This document shows, one piece after another, positions 27,206 to 39,086 of a stretch of DNA of 64,000 nucleotides. A program made the translations under genes and the position numbers. The DNA lies in the NCBI GenBank assembly GCA_036676985.1, contig JAKFBU010000047.1:1-64000 (forward strand), read 5' to 3'. The notes beneath the pieces are model-generated. The model was not told the DNA's origin and did not search any database. It worked only from the letters and a program-made list of their open reading frames with translations. The DNA comes from Candidatus Sericytochromatia bacterium (GTDB lineage Bacteria > Cyanobacteriota > Sericytochromatia > S15B-MN24 > UBA4093). Each line of letters opens with the position of its first letter. Position 1 is the first letter of the stretch.

Positions 27206-28921
27206 CTACGGCTTCGGAAGGGTGAACCAGAAGGTGGCGCCCTTTCCCAGTTCGCTCCTGACGCCGATGGTCCCGCCATGGGCTTCCACCAGGGTCTTGC
27301 AGAGGCTGAGGCCAAGGCCCGTTCCGCCTTTGCGCGAGCCGGCTTCCAGCTGGCCAAAGGGCTTGAAGAGTTTCGGAAGATCCTCCTGGGCGATTCCGGG
27401 GCCGGAGTCTGTCACCTCGAAGCGGTAGGACTCCTCTGTGCGGAGGACCCGTAGGGTGATGTCGCCCGCCGGGGGGGTGAACTTGATGGCGTTGCTCAGA
27501 AAGTTGCCAATGACCTGCTCGATGCGCTGGGCATCCACCCGCAGGACCAGCGGCTCATCCGGAAGGGAGAGACTCAGGTCCAGGTTCGCCTCCTCGAGCT
27601 GGAGGCGGAAGCTGTCGGTGATCTCTTGGATCACGGGCACGAGGTCGGTTTCCTGGAGCTTGACCTGGAAAGTGCCCGCCTCGATGCGCGCGAACTCCAG
27701 CAGATCGTCCACCAAACGCTTCATTCGCAAGGTCCCATTTTGGATCTGCCGGACGAACCCCGCCTGCATCGACGTTAGCTCCCCGCCCACCAAGTCTTCC
27801 AGCAACTCCGTATTGCCGATGATCGAGGTCAGGGGGGTTCGGAGCTCGTGCGAGAGGGAATTGATGAAGCTCCTCCTCAGGCGCGCGAGCTCCTTTTCCT
27901 TCTCGAGCTCAATGCCCTGGTGGATGATCACCTCTTCGGCGAGCTGCCGCTCCAGCTCCGCCTCGATGCGCCTTGCCACGGTTCTGAGGATAATCTCGAT
28001 GTTGTCGATCATGGTCATGGGGGCCACGTGCGCCACCGCGACGATCCCCAGGGGGGACCCATCGGTCCGGAAGAGCGGCATCCCCGCATAGCTCTCCAGG
28101 CCGAGCTCCCTCACGAAGGGATCCCGGGGAAAGGACTCTTTCAGGTTACGCGGGTAGGCGAGGAACTTGTTGCCGTATATGAGCTCACATGGGGTCCCCT
28201 CCATGCTGTAGCTGAAGTCTTCCTGCACCTTTCCTGGTCTCAGCCAGGTAACGGCGCGGATGACCCCCGGCTCGGCGGTCTTCACCTCGATGAGAACGTG
28301 AGACACGCCAAGCGCCGTGGAAAGGTACTGGGCAATCGCGTTGAAGAAGGTCCTGCCAGTGGCGGAGGAGAAGCCCTGGGTCAGCTCGTTCAGGGCGTTT
28401 TCGAGCCGCTTGTGCTCCGTGATATCCCGGCCAATGCCGATGAGCCCACGAAGATCCCCATCTCGGGCGAAGTAGGGGAACCGGATGGTCTGGATGATGC
28501 GAGTCGAGCCGTCGCTGGGGAAGGCCTCCTCGAATATGCCAGATTGCCGGCTGGTGAGGACGGCCTGATCGGCCTCATATAGGGCAGCAGCGAGCTCTGG
28601 CGAGACGAAGTCTGCGTCACGCTTGCCCAAGATCGCCTCGCGCGTCAGCCCGAGGGCCTTGGCGCCGGCAGGGTTGATCAGCTCATAGCGGCCCTGGAGG
28701 TCCTTGATGAAGATGACGTCGGGCGCGCCCTCGACGAGCGCCTGGAACTCGGCCGTGGCCTCGAGCAGGGCGTGCAGGGGATTCGTTCCCCCGTAAGGTC
28801 CCGCGAAAAGTTCCTTGAGGGTTCCTTCGAGCGCTTCAGGCTCGGTCACTCCGAAGGCCCTGCTCAGGGTTCGAAACTGATTGACGGCCATCTTGGTGAC
28901 ATCGAGGAAGTCTTGGCTCAT
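27206..28921 (-). CDS. PAS-GAF sensor histidine kinase
   Basis: PAS (IFIKDLQGRY), GAF, SHELRTPLT, NAIKF and GGTGLGL motifs. Confidence 0.93.
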   Translation of the reverse strand: MSQDFLDVTKMAVNQFRTLSRAFGVTEPEALEGTLKELFAGPYGGTNPLHALLEATAEFQALVEGAPDVIFIKDLQGRYELINPAGAKALGLTREAILGKRDADFVSPELAAALYEADQAVLTSRQSGIFEEAFPSDGSTRIIQTIRFPYFARDGDLRGLIGIGRDITEHKRLENALNELTQGFSSATGRTFFNAIAQYLSTALGVSHVLIEVKTAEPGVIRAVTWLRPGKVQEDFSYSMEGTPCELIYGNKFLAYPRNLKESFPRDPFVRELGLESYAGMPLFRTDGSPLGIVAVAHVAPMTMIDNIEIILRTVARRIEAELERQLAEEVIIHQGIELEKEKELARLRRSFINSLSHELRTPLTSIIGNTELLEDLVGGELTSMQAGFVRQIQNGTLRMKRLVDDLLEFARIEAGTFQVKLQETDLVPVIQEITDSFRLQLEEANLDLSLSLPDEPLVLRVDAQRIEQVIGNFLSNAIKFTPPAGDITLRVLRTEESYRFEVTDSGPGIAQEDLPKLFKPFGQLEAGSRKGGTGLGLSLCKTLVEAHGGTIGVRSELGKGATFWFTLPKP

Positions 28922-29119
28922 CTGCGCTACCTCAACGGCGAATTGTTTCTCCGTTGAGATGGCGTGTCAATGGCCTCACGCCGCCTGCGGCGTCGGCGCA
29001 TGGCAGGGCGTGACGCGTCACGCAAGCCAGCCAGAAACTCAGCCCTTTCTCACCTCCCGATTGGGCAAGGGCCTGGAATGGATTTTAGACGGCGAGCGCT
29101 GGAATTGCTCGGCAGGCTC

Positions 29120-29764
29120 CTAGTGGACGGAGCGGATGACGCCCACGACGCGTCCCTGGACCGTGACGGAGTCCACGTAGATCGGATCCATGGCGGAATT
29201 GGCGGGCTGCAGGCGGATCCGGCCGGATTCGCGGTAGAGCCGCTTGAGGGTCGCCTCGCCGTTGTCGAGCAGGGCGACCACGATCTCGCCGTCGCGGGCG
29301 GTGGCCTGCGGCTTCACGATGACCATGTCGCCCGGCATGATGTGGTCCTCGATCATGCTCTCGCCCTTGACCTCCAGGACGTAGTTGTTGCCGGTCGCCC
29401 ACATGCCGGCAAGATCCAGGGTCTCGGTGCCGTCCCCGATGGCCTCGATGGGGCGGCCCGCCGCGATGCGCCCCAGGATGGGCAGCCTGGGGGCCTCTTC
29501 GGGAAAGGGGATGGGGGCCGGAGCTGGGGCTGCGGCCGCGGGCGTGCCCTCGAGGAGCTGGATGGCGCGGTTCTTGCCCTTTTCCCAGCGGATCAGCCCC
29601 CGCTCGGCCAGGCCCGTGAGGTGGTAGTGGATGGTCGAGGTGGAATGCACGCCCAGCGCCTCGACGATCTCGCGGATCGACGGCACGTAGCCCCGCTCGG
29701 CGATCGCTCGCCGCAGGTAATCGAGCACTTCTTGTTGGCGCCTCGGCAGCTTCGTGTCGACCAT
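29120..29764 (-). CDS. lexA: SOS repressor LexA
   Basis: PSIREI HTH, GRIAAGRP cleavage site, GESM (Ser) and ATLKR (Lys). Confidence 0.96.
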   Translation of the reverse strand: MVDTKLPRRQQEVLDYLRRAIAERGYVPSIREIVEALGVHSTSTIHYHLTGLAERGLIRWEKGKNRAIQLLEGTPAAAAPAPAPIPFPEEAPRLPILGRIAAGRPIEAIGDGTETLDLAGMWATGNNYVLEVKGESMIEDHIMPGDMVIVKPQATARDGEIVVALLDNGEATLKRLYRESGRIRLQPANSAMDPIYVDSVTVQGRVVGVIRSVH

Positions 29765-29786
29765 CGGAGCACTCCTCGCAAAAATT

Positions 29787-29800
29787 GAAACAAAGGTTCG
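29787..29800 (-). promoter_or_regulatory. LexA (Gram-positive/Cheo-type) SOS box
   Basis: CGAACCTTTGTTTC on the minus strand, resembling CGAAC-N4-GTTYC, just downstream of the -10. Confidence 0.7.
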
Positions 29801-29810
29801 AACCCGTCCC

Positions 29811-29840
29811 ATTCTAGGGAACGGCGCCGCCTCTTGTCTA
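29811..29840 (-). promoter_or_regulatory. lexA sigma70-like promoter
   Basis: TAGACA-N18-TAGAAT. Confidence 0.55.
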
Positions 29841-30004
29841 GGGGGTAAGCACGCGTTCGGGCCGTCCCGCGGCCTCGTGGCCCGCGGCGGGCGTCAAGGA
29901 GCGAGCAGCCGCTGCGGGCCCGCCAGGCCGCGGAAGGCCCGCGTTCCGTAACGGTTGTCTCCCCCCTTGTCACTTTTCGCAAAAATCGTTTAGACTTGGG
30001 GCTG

Positions 30005-30031
30005 TTAGCACTCCCGCTTGGTGACTGCTAA
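30005..30031 (+). promoter_or_regulatory. CIRCE element (HrcA operator)
   Basis: TTAGCACTC-N9-GACTGCTAA upstream of groES. Confidence 0.92.
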
Positions 30032-30056
30032 TCCCCTTGCAACATCACCCTTTTAG

Positions 30057-32069
<2,013 letters not shown>

Positions 32070-32089
32070 TCGGCGTCAGCCGATCCATC

Positions 32090-32118
32090 AAGGGCGGGGG
32101 CTTCGGCCCCCGCCTTTT
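32090..32118 (+). terminator. Rho-independent terminator after groEL
   Basis: ggcgggggc-ttcg-gcccccgcc followed by tttt. Confidence 0.9.
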
Positions 32119-32248
32119 CGTGTGCCCGTCACCGCGGCGCAACACCGGCGCAACCCATGCTGCCTAGGATGGCGACCGAGGGGCGTGTCCGGACGATTAC
32201 CGGCCAAGCACGTGGGTATAAAAGAGCGAGTTCACCCCTTGGAGGCGC

Positions 32249-32977
32249 ATGAACGAACCGTTTAACGCCGTCGGATCCGCTCCCCCGCCGCGCCCGCGCG
32301 GCGCGGGGCTCGACGCGCTCGTCGGGGCCGTGCTCGGTCCCAACGAGGACCTGATCCTGCCGCTGTTCGTGCCCTACACCCCGCGGGTGAACCTCCTGCC
32401 CAAGCCCAAGCCTCCCTCGTGGTGGCTGCTCGGCGGAGCGGGGCTCGCCGTGACGGCCGTCGTGCTGGTGGCGACCATGGTAAGCCTGGGGTGGCTCAGC
32501 CAGCAAACGGCCTTCGAAACCCAGGAGGTCAAGCGCCTCACCACCGAGCGGCGGGCCGAAGAGGCCCGTTACAAGACCTTGCAGGCTCAAGTCGAGGTCG
32601 TCGACGCCCAGAAGGGCGCCTACGAGTTCGTCGCCAAGGGCGCGCCCCGCTGGTCCGAGGTGCTCGATCAGCTGCGCAACCTCATGCCCGAGGGCGTGCG
32701 ATTCGACAAGATCGAGGCTGCCCACGACGGGCTCATCCTCATCAACGGCAAGGCCGAGAACCTGCGGGCCGTCGGCCAGTTCATGCTCAACCTGCGCGGC
32801 TCCGGCACGTTCTACGAGCCCCGGCTCGGCATGGGCGATCGCACCATCGAGAACGGGCAGTCGCTCGTGAAGTACGACCTCCAGGTGCGCTTCGCCCACC
32901 CGGAGTGGCTGTCGAACCCCGAGTTCGCCAACGCCACGCCCTCGTCGTCCGCGGCGAGCGAGAGCCCGACGCCGTGA
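32249..32977 (+). CDS. pilN: PilN-like type IV pilus alignment protein
   Basis: VNLLP motif, TM, coiled coil, WSEVLDQLRNLMPEGV. Confidence 0.8.
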   Translation: MNEPFNAVGSAPPPRPRGAGLDALVGAVLGPNEDLILPLFVPYTPRVNLLPKPKPPSWWLLGGAGLAVTAVVLVATMVSLGWLSQQTAFETQEVKRLTTERRAEEARYKTLQAQVEVVDAQKGAYEFVAKGAPRWSEVLDQLRNLMPEGVRFDKIEAAHDGLILINGKAENLRAVGQFMLNLRGSGTFYEPRLGMGDRTIENGQSLVKYDLQVRFAHPEWLSNPEFANATPSSSAASESPTP

Positions 32978-33993
32978 GCGTGCCGCTGTCCCGCCGCCAG
33001 CGCTACCGGCTGACCGTCGCCGCGACGGTCGCCACGATCGCCCTCTCCGCTCTGGTCCTCGTGCAGCCGCAGATCGCCGAGTACCAGTCGAAGCGCTCGG
33101 AGCTCGACCGGGCGCGCGCGGCCCTGCCCGCCGAGCGGGTCTTCTCTCCGAGCTATCCGGCCCTCGCGGCCAAGCTCGAGCTTCTCAAGACCGAGCTTGC
33201 CGCCATGCGGCGCTCCTTCCCGGTGGCCGAGAACGTCTCGGCGCTCCTCCTGGAGCTCGAGACTCTGGCCTCGGATCAGGTGGCCATCAGCCACTTCTAC
33301 CCGACCCGGCTCGCGCCCTTGAAGCTGCCGCAGAAGCAGGAGAAGTCCGGCATCTCGGTCTCGGAGCAGCAGATCGAGCTGGACGCGGACGGGCCCTTCC
33401 CGGCCCTGCACCGCCTCCTGGCGAAGTTCGAGGAGAACGCCTATCCCCTGGGCGTTCACTCCCTCTCCATGGAGCGGGCCTCCAGGGCCGAGGCCATCCG
33501 GGCGGGCGGCCCGCTCACGGCTCCTAGTGCAGTCGAGCCCCTGACGCTCAAGATCAAGATGTCCGCCTACCTGCTGGACAAGCCCTTGCCGGACATACCG
33601 CTCTTCGCGGACGGACTGGTCCAGCAGATGGCGAGCGCTCAGACGACCACGGGTGTGGCGGATCCCTTCGTGGACCTCGTGCCCGACCTGCCGCCCTTGG
33701 CGGCCACGCCGTCGGTGCCCGTCGCCGTCGTTCCCCGCACTGCGGAGCCTCCGGCCATTCCCGCGCTTCCGGTTCAAAGGCCGCGTCCGGCCCTCGATGG
33801 CTGGCGCCTGGAGGGCATCCTCTACGGGCCTGGCGACATGGCCATCGTCCGCAAGGAAGGCAAGCCCTCCATGACCGTTCGTGTCGGCGACGAGCTGGAC
33901 GGCTGGCGTATCACCCAGATCAAGCCGGACACGGTCCTGCTCGCCAAGGGTTCGCACCGGGAGCGCCTCTCTTTGCCCGAAGGGTTGCTGTAG
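32974..33993 (+). CDS. PilO-like protein with C-terminal PilP/GspC-like domain
   Basis: GTGA overlap with pilN, TM, coiled coil, DPF motif, WRLEGIL...VRVGDELDGWRITQI. Confidence 0.65.
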   Translation: MSVPLSRRQRYRLTVAATVATIALSALVLVQPQIAEYQSKRSELDRARAALPAERVFSPSYPALAAKLELLKTELAAMRRSFPVAENVSALLLELETLASDQVAISHFYPTRLAPLKLPQKQEKSGISVSEQQIELDADGPFPALHRLLAKFEENAYPLGVHSLSMERASRAEAIRAGGPLTAPSAVEPLTLKIKMSAYLLDKPLPDIPLFADGLVQQMASAQTTTGVADPFVDLVPDLPPLAATPSVPVAVVPRTAEPPAIPALPVQRPRPALDGWRLEGILYGPGDMAIVRKEGKPSMTVRVGDELDGWRITQIKPDTVLLAKGSHRERLSLPEGLL

Positions 33994-34035
33994 GCCCGAG
34001 CGCCACGGCGCCCGGCAGCCGAAAGGAGGCCCAGG

Positions 34036-34443
34036 ATGACAAGTGGACAGCAAGGGTTCACGCTGATCGAGGTCGTGGTCGCCGCCGTCATCCTCATGAT
34101 CGTCGCCGTCAGCTCTTTTTCGGCCTTCACCAACAGCAGCCGGGTCGTGCGCACCAGCGAGGCCCTGTCGGGGGTAACGAGCATCGAGCGGGTGGCCCAG
34201 AGCTACCTGCGCAACCTGGACTTCGGCATCCTCAGCAACGCCACCGAGAGCACGGTGGCCACGGGCATCAAGGCCCAGCTCACGGCGGCGGACTGGAGCC
34301 GGCTCGGGGCGACGGGCAGCGTCACCGTCACGCGCTTGACCGTCGAAGAGCGCCTCGTCACCGTGGAGCTCAGCGTCGGCTACGGCGCGAGCGGCGTGGC
34401 GACAAGCTCGCTGCGCATCGCGCGGCGGGGGGTGAACCCATGA
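34036..34443 (+). CDS. Type IV minor pilin (PilV-like)
   Basis: Prepilin site QGFTLIEVVV. Confidence 0.85.
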   Translation: MTSGQQGFTLIEVVVAAVILMIVAVSSFSAFTNSSRVVRTSEALSGVTSIERVAQSYLRNLDFGILSNATESTVATGIKAQLTAADWSRLGATGSVTVTRLTVEERLVTVELSVGYGASGVATSSLRIARRGVNP

Positions 34444-35018
34444 GCCACCGCAAACACCAGGGCTTCACGCTGGTCGAGGTCCTCATGTCCACGGCCGTCT
34501 TCTCGATTATCGCGGCGGCGCTCGTGGGGCTGTACGCCCTCGGCACCCGCTCGGCGGATCGTAGCGCGAGCCACGTCAAGAGCCTCTCGGGCGGTCAGCA
34601 CGCCCTTTCCATGCTGGAAAAGGACGTGCTCGAGGCTTGCCGGATCACGACCGTCGGGGGCTACGCCGCTTCGCCCTCGGCGCTCGCCATGCTGCAGCCC
34701 CGCTTCGACGCGGACGGGCTGCTGGTCGCCTCGGACGACGTGGTCGTCTATTACTTCTCGGGCGATCGCCTCCTGCGCGACGTCCTGCCCGGCAGCGGCA
34801 GCGCCGTGCCGGCGGTGACCGGCCAGGTCATCCTCGATCGGGCGACGGCGAGCCCCGTCTTCGAGTACCTGCGGGACCAGGGGACGTCGCTGGTGGCCGT
34901 GTCCCAGGTGAGCCAGGCCGAGGTCGTGCGGGTGCATTTGCAACTCTCGGGCAGCGCCGCCTCGGACCAGGACGTGCAGTACTTCCGCGGGGAGTACCGC
35001 ATGCGCAACATGCGCTAG
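34440..35018 (+). CDS. Type IV minor pilin (PilW-like)
   Basis: Prepilin site QGFTLVEVLM. Confidence 0.85.
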   Translation: MSHRKHQGFTLVEVLMSTAVFSIIAAALVGLYALGTRSADRSASHVKSLSGGQHALSMLEKDVLEACRITTVGGYAASPSALAMLQPRFDADGLLVASDDVVVYYFSGDRLLRDVLPGSGSAVPAVTGQVILDRATASPVFEYLRDQGTSLVAVSQVSQAEVVRVHLQLSGSAASDQDVQYFRGEYRMRNMR

Positions 35019-35026
35019 GAGGCCCC

Positions 35027-36199
35027 ATGAGGAACCAAGAACGAGGCATGGCGCTGTTCACGGCTCTCATCCTGAGCACGGTGCTGGTGCTCCTGGTCTC
35101 CTTGAGCGTTCGCTACGCCGTGACCTCCTCCAAGACCATGCAGAGCGACCGGGCGCGCGCTCAGGCCCTGAACGTGGCCGAGGGCGGCGTCGAGTGGGCC
35201 GTCTCGGAGTTCGACCCCACGGCGCTTGCGAGCCTGGCCACTAGCAGCAGCTTCGGCTCGGGAGACTACACGCTGACGTCCCGTGCCTTGCCCAACAACC
35301 GCTACGCCATCCGCGCGGAGGCCTGGATCCCGTCGTCCGCGAGCGCGCAAGCGCATCGCACCATCGAGGTGGTGCTCGCCACCGCGAGCAACCCCCTGGG
35401 CAACTACGCCATGGCCACGGACGGCAACCTGAGCCTCAACGGCTCGGTGACCTTCAACTCGTCGCCCACGGCAGGCCAGGGGAACATCCACTCCAACCAC
35501 GACGTGGACATCAACGGCGGCTCGGCCACCATCCAGGGCAACGTCTCGGCGACCAGCCAGGTGGATCCCTCGAGCTATCCCGGCGTCACGGGCGGGGTGA
35601 CGAGCCAGGCGCCCGAGGTCGAGATCTCGAGCTACACCTCGACCCAGATCCAGGACTTCGCGACCGACGCCAAGGCGATCGCCACCAAGGACATTACGAG
35701 TGCCCTGGGGGGCGTGCTTTCGGGCTACTACCAGAGCTACGCGGGCTACGACATCCAGGACTCGGCCAACACGACGGGCGGCACCCTGAGCATCAGCGGC
35801 GGTACGGTCACCATCAGCGGGACCGTCTTCATCGAGGGCAACCTCTCGATCAGCGGTAACGCGCGGGTGGAGGGCGACGGCCTCATCGTCGTCACCCAGC
35901 GCATCTCCATCAGCGGCAACCCCTACGTGGAGGGCTCCACGGCCTCGAAGCTCGGCATCGTCACGCTGTCCAGCCGCGCGCCGGCCATCGACCTGGGCGG
36001 GGCGAACAACATCCGGGGCATGATGTATGCGCCCAACGGCAACGTCGAGGTGCACGGCAACGTGAACGTGACGGGCGCCATGATCGCCCGGGGCGTGGGT
36101 ATCGTGCAGGGCAGCGTCACCATGACCCGGGACACGACGCAGAACGTGGACATCCTGGGGATCCCGTACTGGCGGACGGAGTCGTACCGGGAGCTTTAG
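35027..36199 (+). CDS. PilX-like minor pilin with beta-helical C-terminal domain
   Basis: ERGMALFTAL (no E5), QALNVAEGG; Gly/Asn/Ser/Thr-rich solenoid; GMMYAPNG. Confidence 0.8.
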   Translation: MRNQERGMALFTALILSTVLVLLVSLSVRYAVTSSKTMQSDRARAQALNVAEGGVEWAVSEFDPTALASLATSSSFGSGDYTLTSRALPNNRYAIRAEAWIPSSASAQAHRTIEVVLATASNPLGNYAMATDGNLSLNGSVTFNSSPTAGQGNIHSNHDVDINGGSATIQGNVSATSQVDPSSYPGVTGGVTSQAPEVEISSYTSTQIQDFATDAKAIATKDITSALGGVLSGYYQSYAGYDIQDSANTTGGTLSISGGTVTISGTVFIEGNLSISGNARVEGDGLIVVTQRISISGNPYVEGSTASKLGIVTLSSRAPAIDLGGANNIRGMMYAPNGNVEVHGNVNVTGAMIARGVGIVQGSVTMTRDTTQNVDILGIPYWRTESYREL

Positions 36200-36233
36200 C
36201 TCGCCGTACGCCAGTGATGACCTTAAAAGTCGT

Positions 36234-36268
36234 CTCCGTCACCCCCGCTTTCGCGAGGGTGACGGGAG
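36234..36268. terminator. Hairpin between convergent operons
   Basis: ctccgtcaccc...gggtgacgggag. Confidence 0.55.
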
Positions 36269-36271
36269 CGG

Positions 36272-36844
36272 TCATGCGTGGTGCTGACTGACTGGCGGAG
36301 CCAGACGCTGATACAGGTGCTCGTCGCACCACTCGCCATCGATGAAGGCGGCCCGGCGCAGCGTCCCCACCCGCTCGAAGCCCGCTGATTCATACAGGCG
36401 GATGGCCGGCTCGTTGAAGGTCCGGACCTTGAGCTGCACGTTCCAGAGACCAGCCGCGGCAGCCGCCTGTAGGGCCGCTTCCAGCATGGCCTTGCCCAGT
36501 CCCTGGCCGTGATGCTCCCTGAGCAATCCCATCCCGAGCACGCCCACGTGACTCGCGCAGGGATAGGGCTCCGCGGTGATGCCCAGCAGCCCCGCCATGC
36601 GGCCACCCACGCCGACGACCATCAGGAAGCTGCGGGGATGCTCGAGGAAGCGGCGGAGAATCAGGGCCTCGTCGTCGGCCGTCATCCGCTCGAAGTGCTC
36701 GGGACCGTTCATGAGGAACCGGTACGATTCCCGGGCCTGCTGACGCAGGAAGTCCAGCACCTCCTCGGCCTCGTCCACCTCGGGGCTGCGCAGGACATAG
36801 GCCAACCCCGCGCGGGTCGTGCCCTCCTGGGGGACGAGCCTCAT
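36272..36844 (-). CDS. GNAT family N-acetyltransferase
   Basis: HHGQGLGKAML and NEPAIRLYESAGF motifs; start overlaps the pilB stop. Confidence 0.88.
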   Translation of the reverse strand: MRLVPQEGTTRAGLAYVLRSPEVDEAEEVLDFLRQQARESYRFLMNGPEHFERMTADDEALILRRFLEHPRSFLMVVGVGGRMAGLLGITAEPYPCASHVGVLGMGLLREHHGQGLGKAMLEAALQAAAAAGLWNVQLKVRTFNEPAIRLYESAGFERVGTLRRAAFIDGEWCDEHLYQRLAPPVSQHHA

Positions 36845-38943
36845 ATCAGGCTGTCCTCGAAGAAGCAGAACGGACAGCGTACCCACGGGCTCTCGAGCTC
36901 CGCGAGGCAGGACTTGCAGATGCGCTTGGAGAGCTGGAGCTGCTCGGCGCACTTGGGGCAGACCGTCCACTCGGGCTTGACCGCCGTCTGGCACGACGGA
37001 CAGCAGGGGTTGAGGACGTATTTGCAGTAGGGACAGGTGCTGAACGAGTCCTCGACGGCGTTGCGGCAGCGCGGGCAGCTCTGCTCGTTGGAGCCCGAGT
37101 CCGAGTAGATGACGCGGACGAACTCCTCGAAGGTGATGACCCCGTCCCGCACCAGCTCGATGGCGTGGTTGCGGATGGGGATCATGCCGTTCTTCACGGC
37201 GCTGGTGCGGATGATGCTCGACGGATGGCCCTTGACGATGAGCTCGCGGGTCTCCTGGTCGACCATGAAGACCTCGTACACCGCCCGCCGGCCCTGGTGG
37301 CCCGAGCCGTGGCAGGTCTCGCAGCCCTTGCCGCGGTACAAGGGCGTGTCCTCGGGCAGGCCCACCTGGGCCAGGATCTCGGGGTCCGCCCGGTAGGCCT
37401 CGCGGCACTCGGGGCAGATCTTGCGAACGAGGCGCTGGGCGATCGCCCCCAGCATCGCCGAGCCGATGAGGTACGGCTCGATGCCCATCTCGACCAGGCG
37501 CGTGATGGCGCCGGTGGCGTCGTTGGTGTGGAGGCTCGTCAGCACCAGGTGGCCCGTCAGCGCCGCCTCGGTCGCGATCTTGGCCGTCTCGTGGTCGCGG
37601 GTCTCGCCGATGAGCACGATGTCCGGGTCCTGGCGCAGGACGGCCCGCAGCACCCGGGCGAAGGTCAGGTCGATGCCCGTGTTGACCTGCACCTGCGTCG
37701 CGTGCTCGAAGTTGTACTCGATGGGGTCCTCGATGGTGATGATGTTCTTGGTCTTGCTCTGCAGGTGCCCGAGGGCCGAGTAGAGCGTGGTCGTCTTGCC
37801 GGAGCCCGTCGGGCCCGTGACGAAGAAGATGCCCTGCGGGCTCTTGATGATCTGCTCGAAGTCCTTGAGTTGACCCTCGAGGAACCCCAGCTCGCCGATG
37901 CCCTTGATGCCCGCGTTGCGGTTGAGGACGCGGATGACGACCTTCTCCCCGAACTGGCTCGGCATGGTCGAGACGCGCAGATCGACCGTGTTTTCGTTGA
38001 TCTTGACCCGGATCTTGCCGTCCTGGGGCAGCCGCTTCTCGGAGACGTCCAGGTCGCACATGATCTTGAGGCGGGCGATCGCCGCGCTCTGCTGGTGCTT
38101 GGGCACCTGCATGGCGTCGTCCAGGAGGCCGTCCTTGCGGTAGCGCACGAGCAGGGCGCGCTCCTTGGGCTCGATGTGGATATCCGAGACCAGGGTCTTG
38201 ATGGCGCGCCCCAGGATGTCGTTGACCAGCCGCACGATGGGGGCCGCGTTCGGGTCGTCGGCCGTGATGTCCTCGATCTCGGGCCCCTGCGCCACGACGG
38301 CCGCCTCGCTCTCCGGCGCGGGAGCGGCCACGGTGCGCATGAGGACGCTCGGATCGAGCTTCCAGAAGGCGACGTAGGCCTCTTCGGTGGTGGGCACCGC
38401 CGTGGTGCGCAGGCCCGTGATCAAGCGGACGTCGTCCAGGGCCTGGAGGTCGTTGGGGTGCGGAGTGGCGACGATCAGCCGGTCGTGGATGCGCGCCACG
38501 GGGATCATCTGGTACTTCTCGCCGGTGGCGGCCGGCAACAGCTCCAGGAAGACGGGATTCACCTCGGAGCGCTCGAGCCGCGAGTAGTCCCGCCCGACGA
38601 GCGTCTCGACGGCCTCTCGGACCTGGGTCAGGGTCATGTGCCCCTGGCGCATGAGTGTGGCCGCGAGGCTCTGCTGGGTCTCGCCCGGCGCGCGGATGGC
38701 CTCCTCGACATGGTCCGGGTGCACCAGCCCCAGATCCGCCATGATCGCGCCTTCGGCCAGCCGCAGCTGGTAGGCGACGATGTCCCGAGTGGCCTCGGGC
38801 CGGATGGCCTTGGCAGTCACCAGGAGCTGGGCGAGGTGCGCCTCGTCCGAGTTCGCGGCAAGGGCCGTCGCGGCTTGCTGCGGAGAGAGGCGGTTGGTCT
38901 CGACCAATAGCTGCGCGAGATAGTCGTTCTGGGCGGCTAGCAT
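36841..38943 (-). CDS. pilB: PilB/GspE family assembly ATPase with C-terminal zinc ribbons
   Basis: RLPQDG, GPTGSGKTTT, LRQDPD, TGHLVLTSLH; six C-terminal CxxC motifs. Confidence 0.9.
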   Translation of the reverse strand: MLAAQNDYLAQLLVETNRLSPQQAATALAANSDEAHLAQLLVTAKAIRPEATRDIVAYQLRLAEGAIMADLGLVHPDHVEEAIRAPGETQQSLAATLMRQGHMTLTQVREAVETLVGRDYSRLERSEVNPVFLELLPAATGEKYQMIPVARIHDRLIVATPHPNDLQALDDVRLITGLRTTAVPTTEEAYVAFWKLDPSVLMRTVAAPAPESEAAVVAQGPEIEDITADDPNAAPIVRLVNDILGRAIKTLVSDIHIEPKERALLVRYRKDGLLDDAMQVPKHQQSAAIARLKIMCDLDVSEKRLPQDGKIRVKINENTVDLRVSTMPSQFGEKVVIRVLNRNAGIKGIGELGFLEGQLKDFEQIIKSPQGIFFVTGPTGSGKTTTLYSALGHLQSKTKNIITIEDPIEYNFEHATQVQVNTGIDLTFARVLRAVLRQDPDIVLIGETRDHETAKIATEAALTGHLVLTSLHTNDATGAITRLVEMGIEPYLIGSAMLGAIAQRLVRKICPECREAYRADPEILAQVGLPEDTPLYRGKGCETCHGSGHQGRRAVYEVFMVDQETRELIVKGHPSSIIRTSAVKNGMIPIRNHAIELVRDGVITFEEFVRVIYSDSGSNEQSCPRCRNAVEDSFSTCPYCKYVLNPCCPSCQTAVKPEWTVCPKCAEQLQLSKRICKSCLAELESPWVRCPFCFFEDSLI

Positions 38944-39086
38944 GATTGCATGCTACCACGCTGCGAGGCGCTTCTCACGCGCCGCCCGGGCCCATGTGCC
39001 ATGAGAGGGTCGGTCCGCGCTTGAGTTGGAGGTGGATGGGGCTAAACTGCCCATGTTCGGACCCGCGCGCGAAAGGAGTTGCGGCC

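Noticed and set aside
27206-28921. Kinase with visibly more A/T at third positions, as a possible mobile insert
   Set aside because: No flanking repeats, integrase or transposase, and the compositional impression was not quantified.
36845-38959. 895-aa ORF suggesting a long GNAT fusion
   Set aside because: Only the last ~190 aa (from ATG 36844) are GNAT-like; the rest is an off-frame shadow of pilB.
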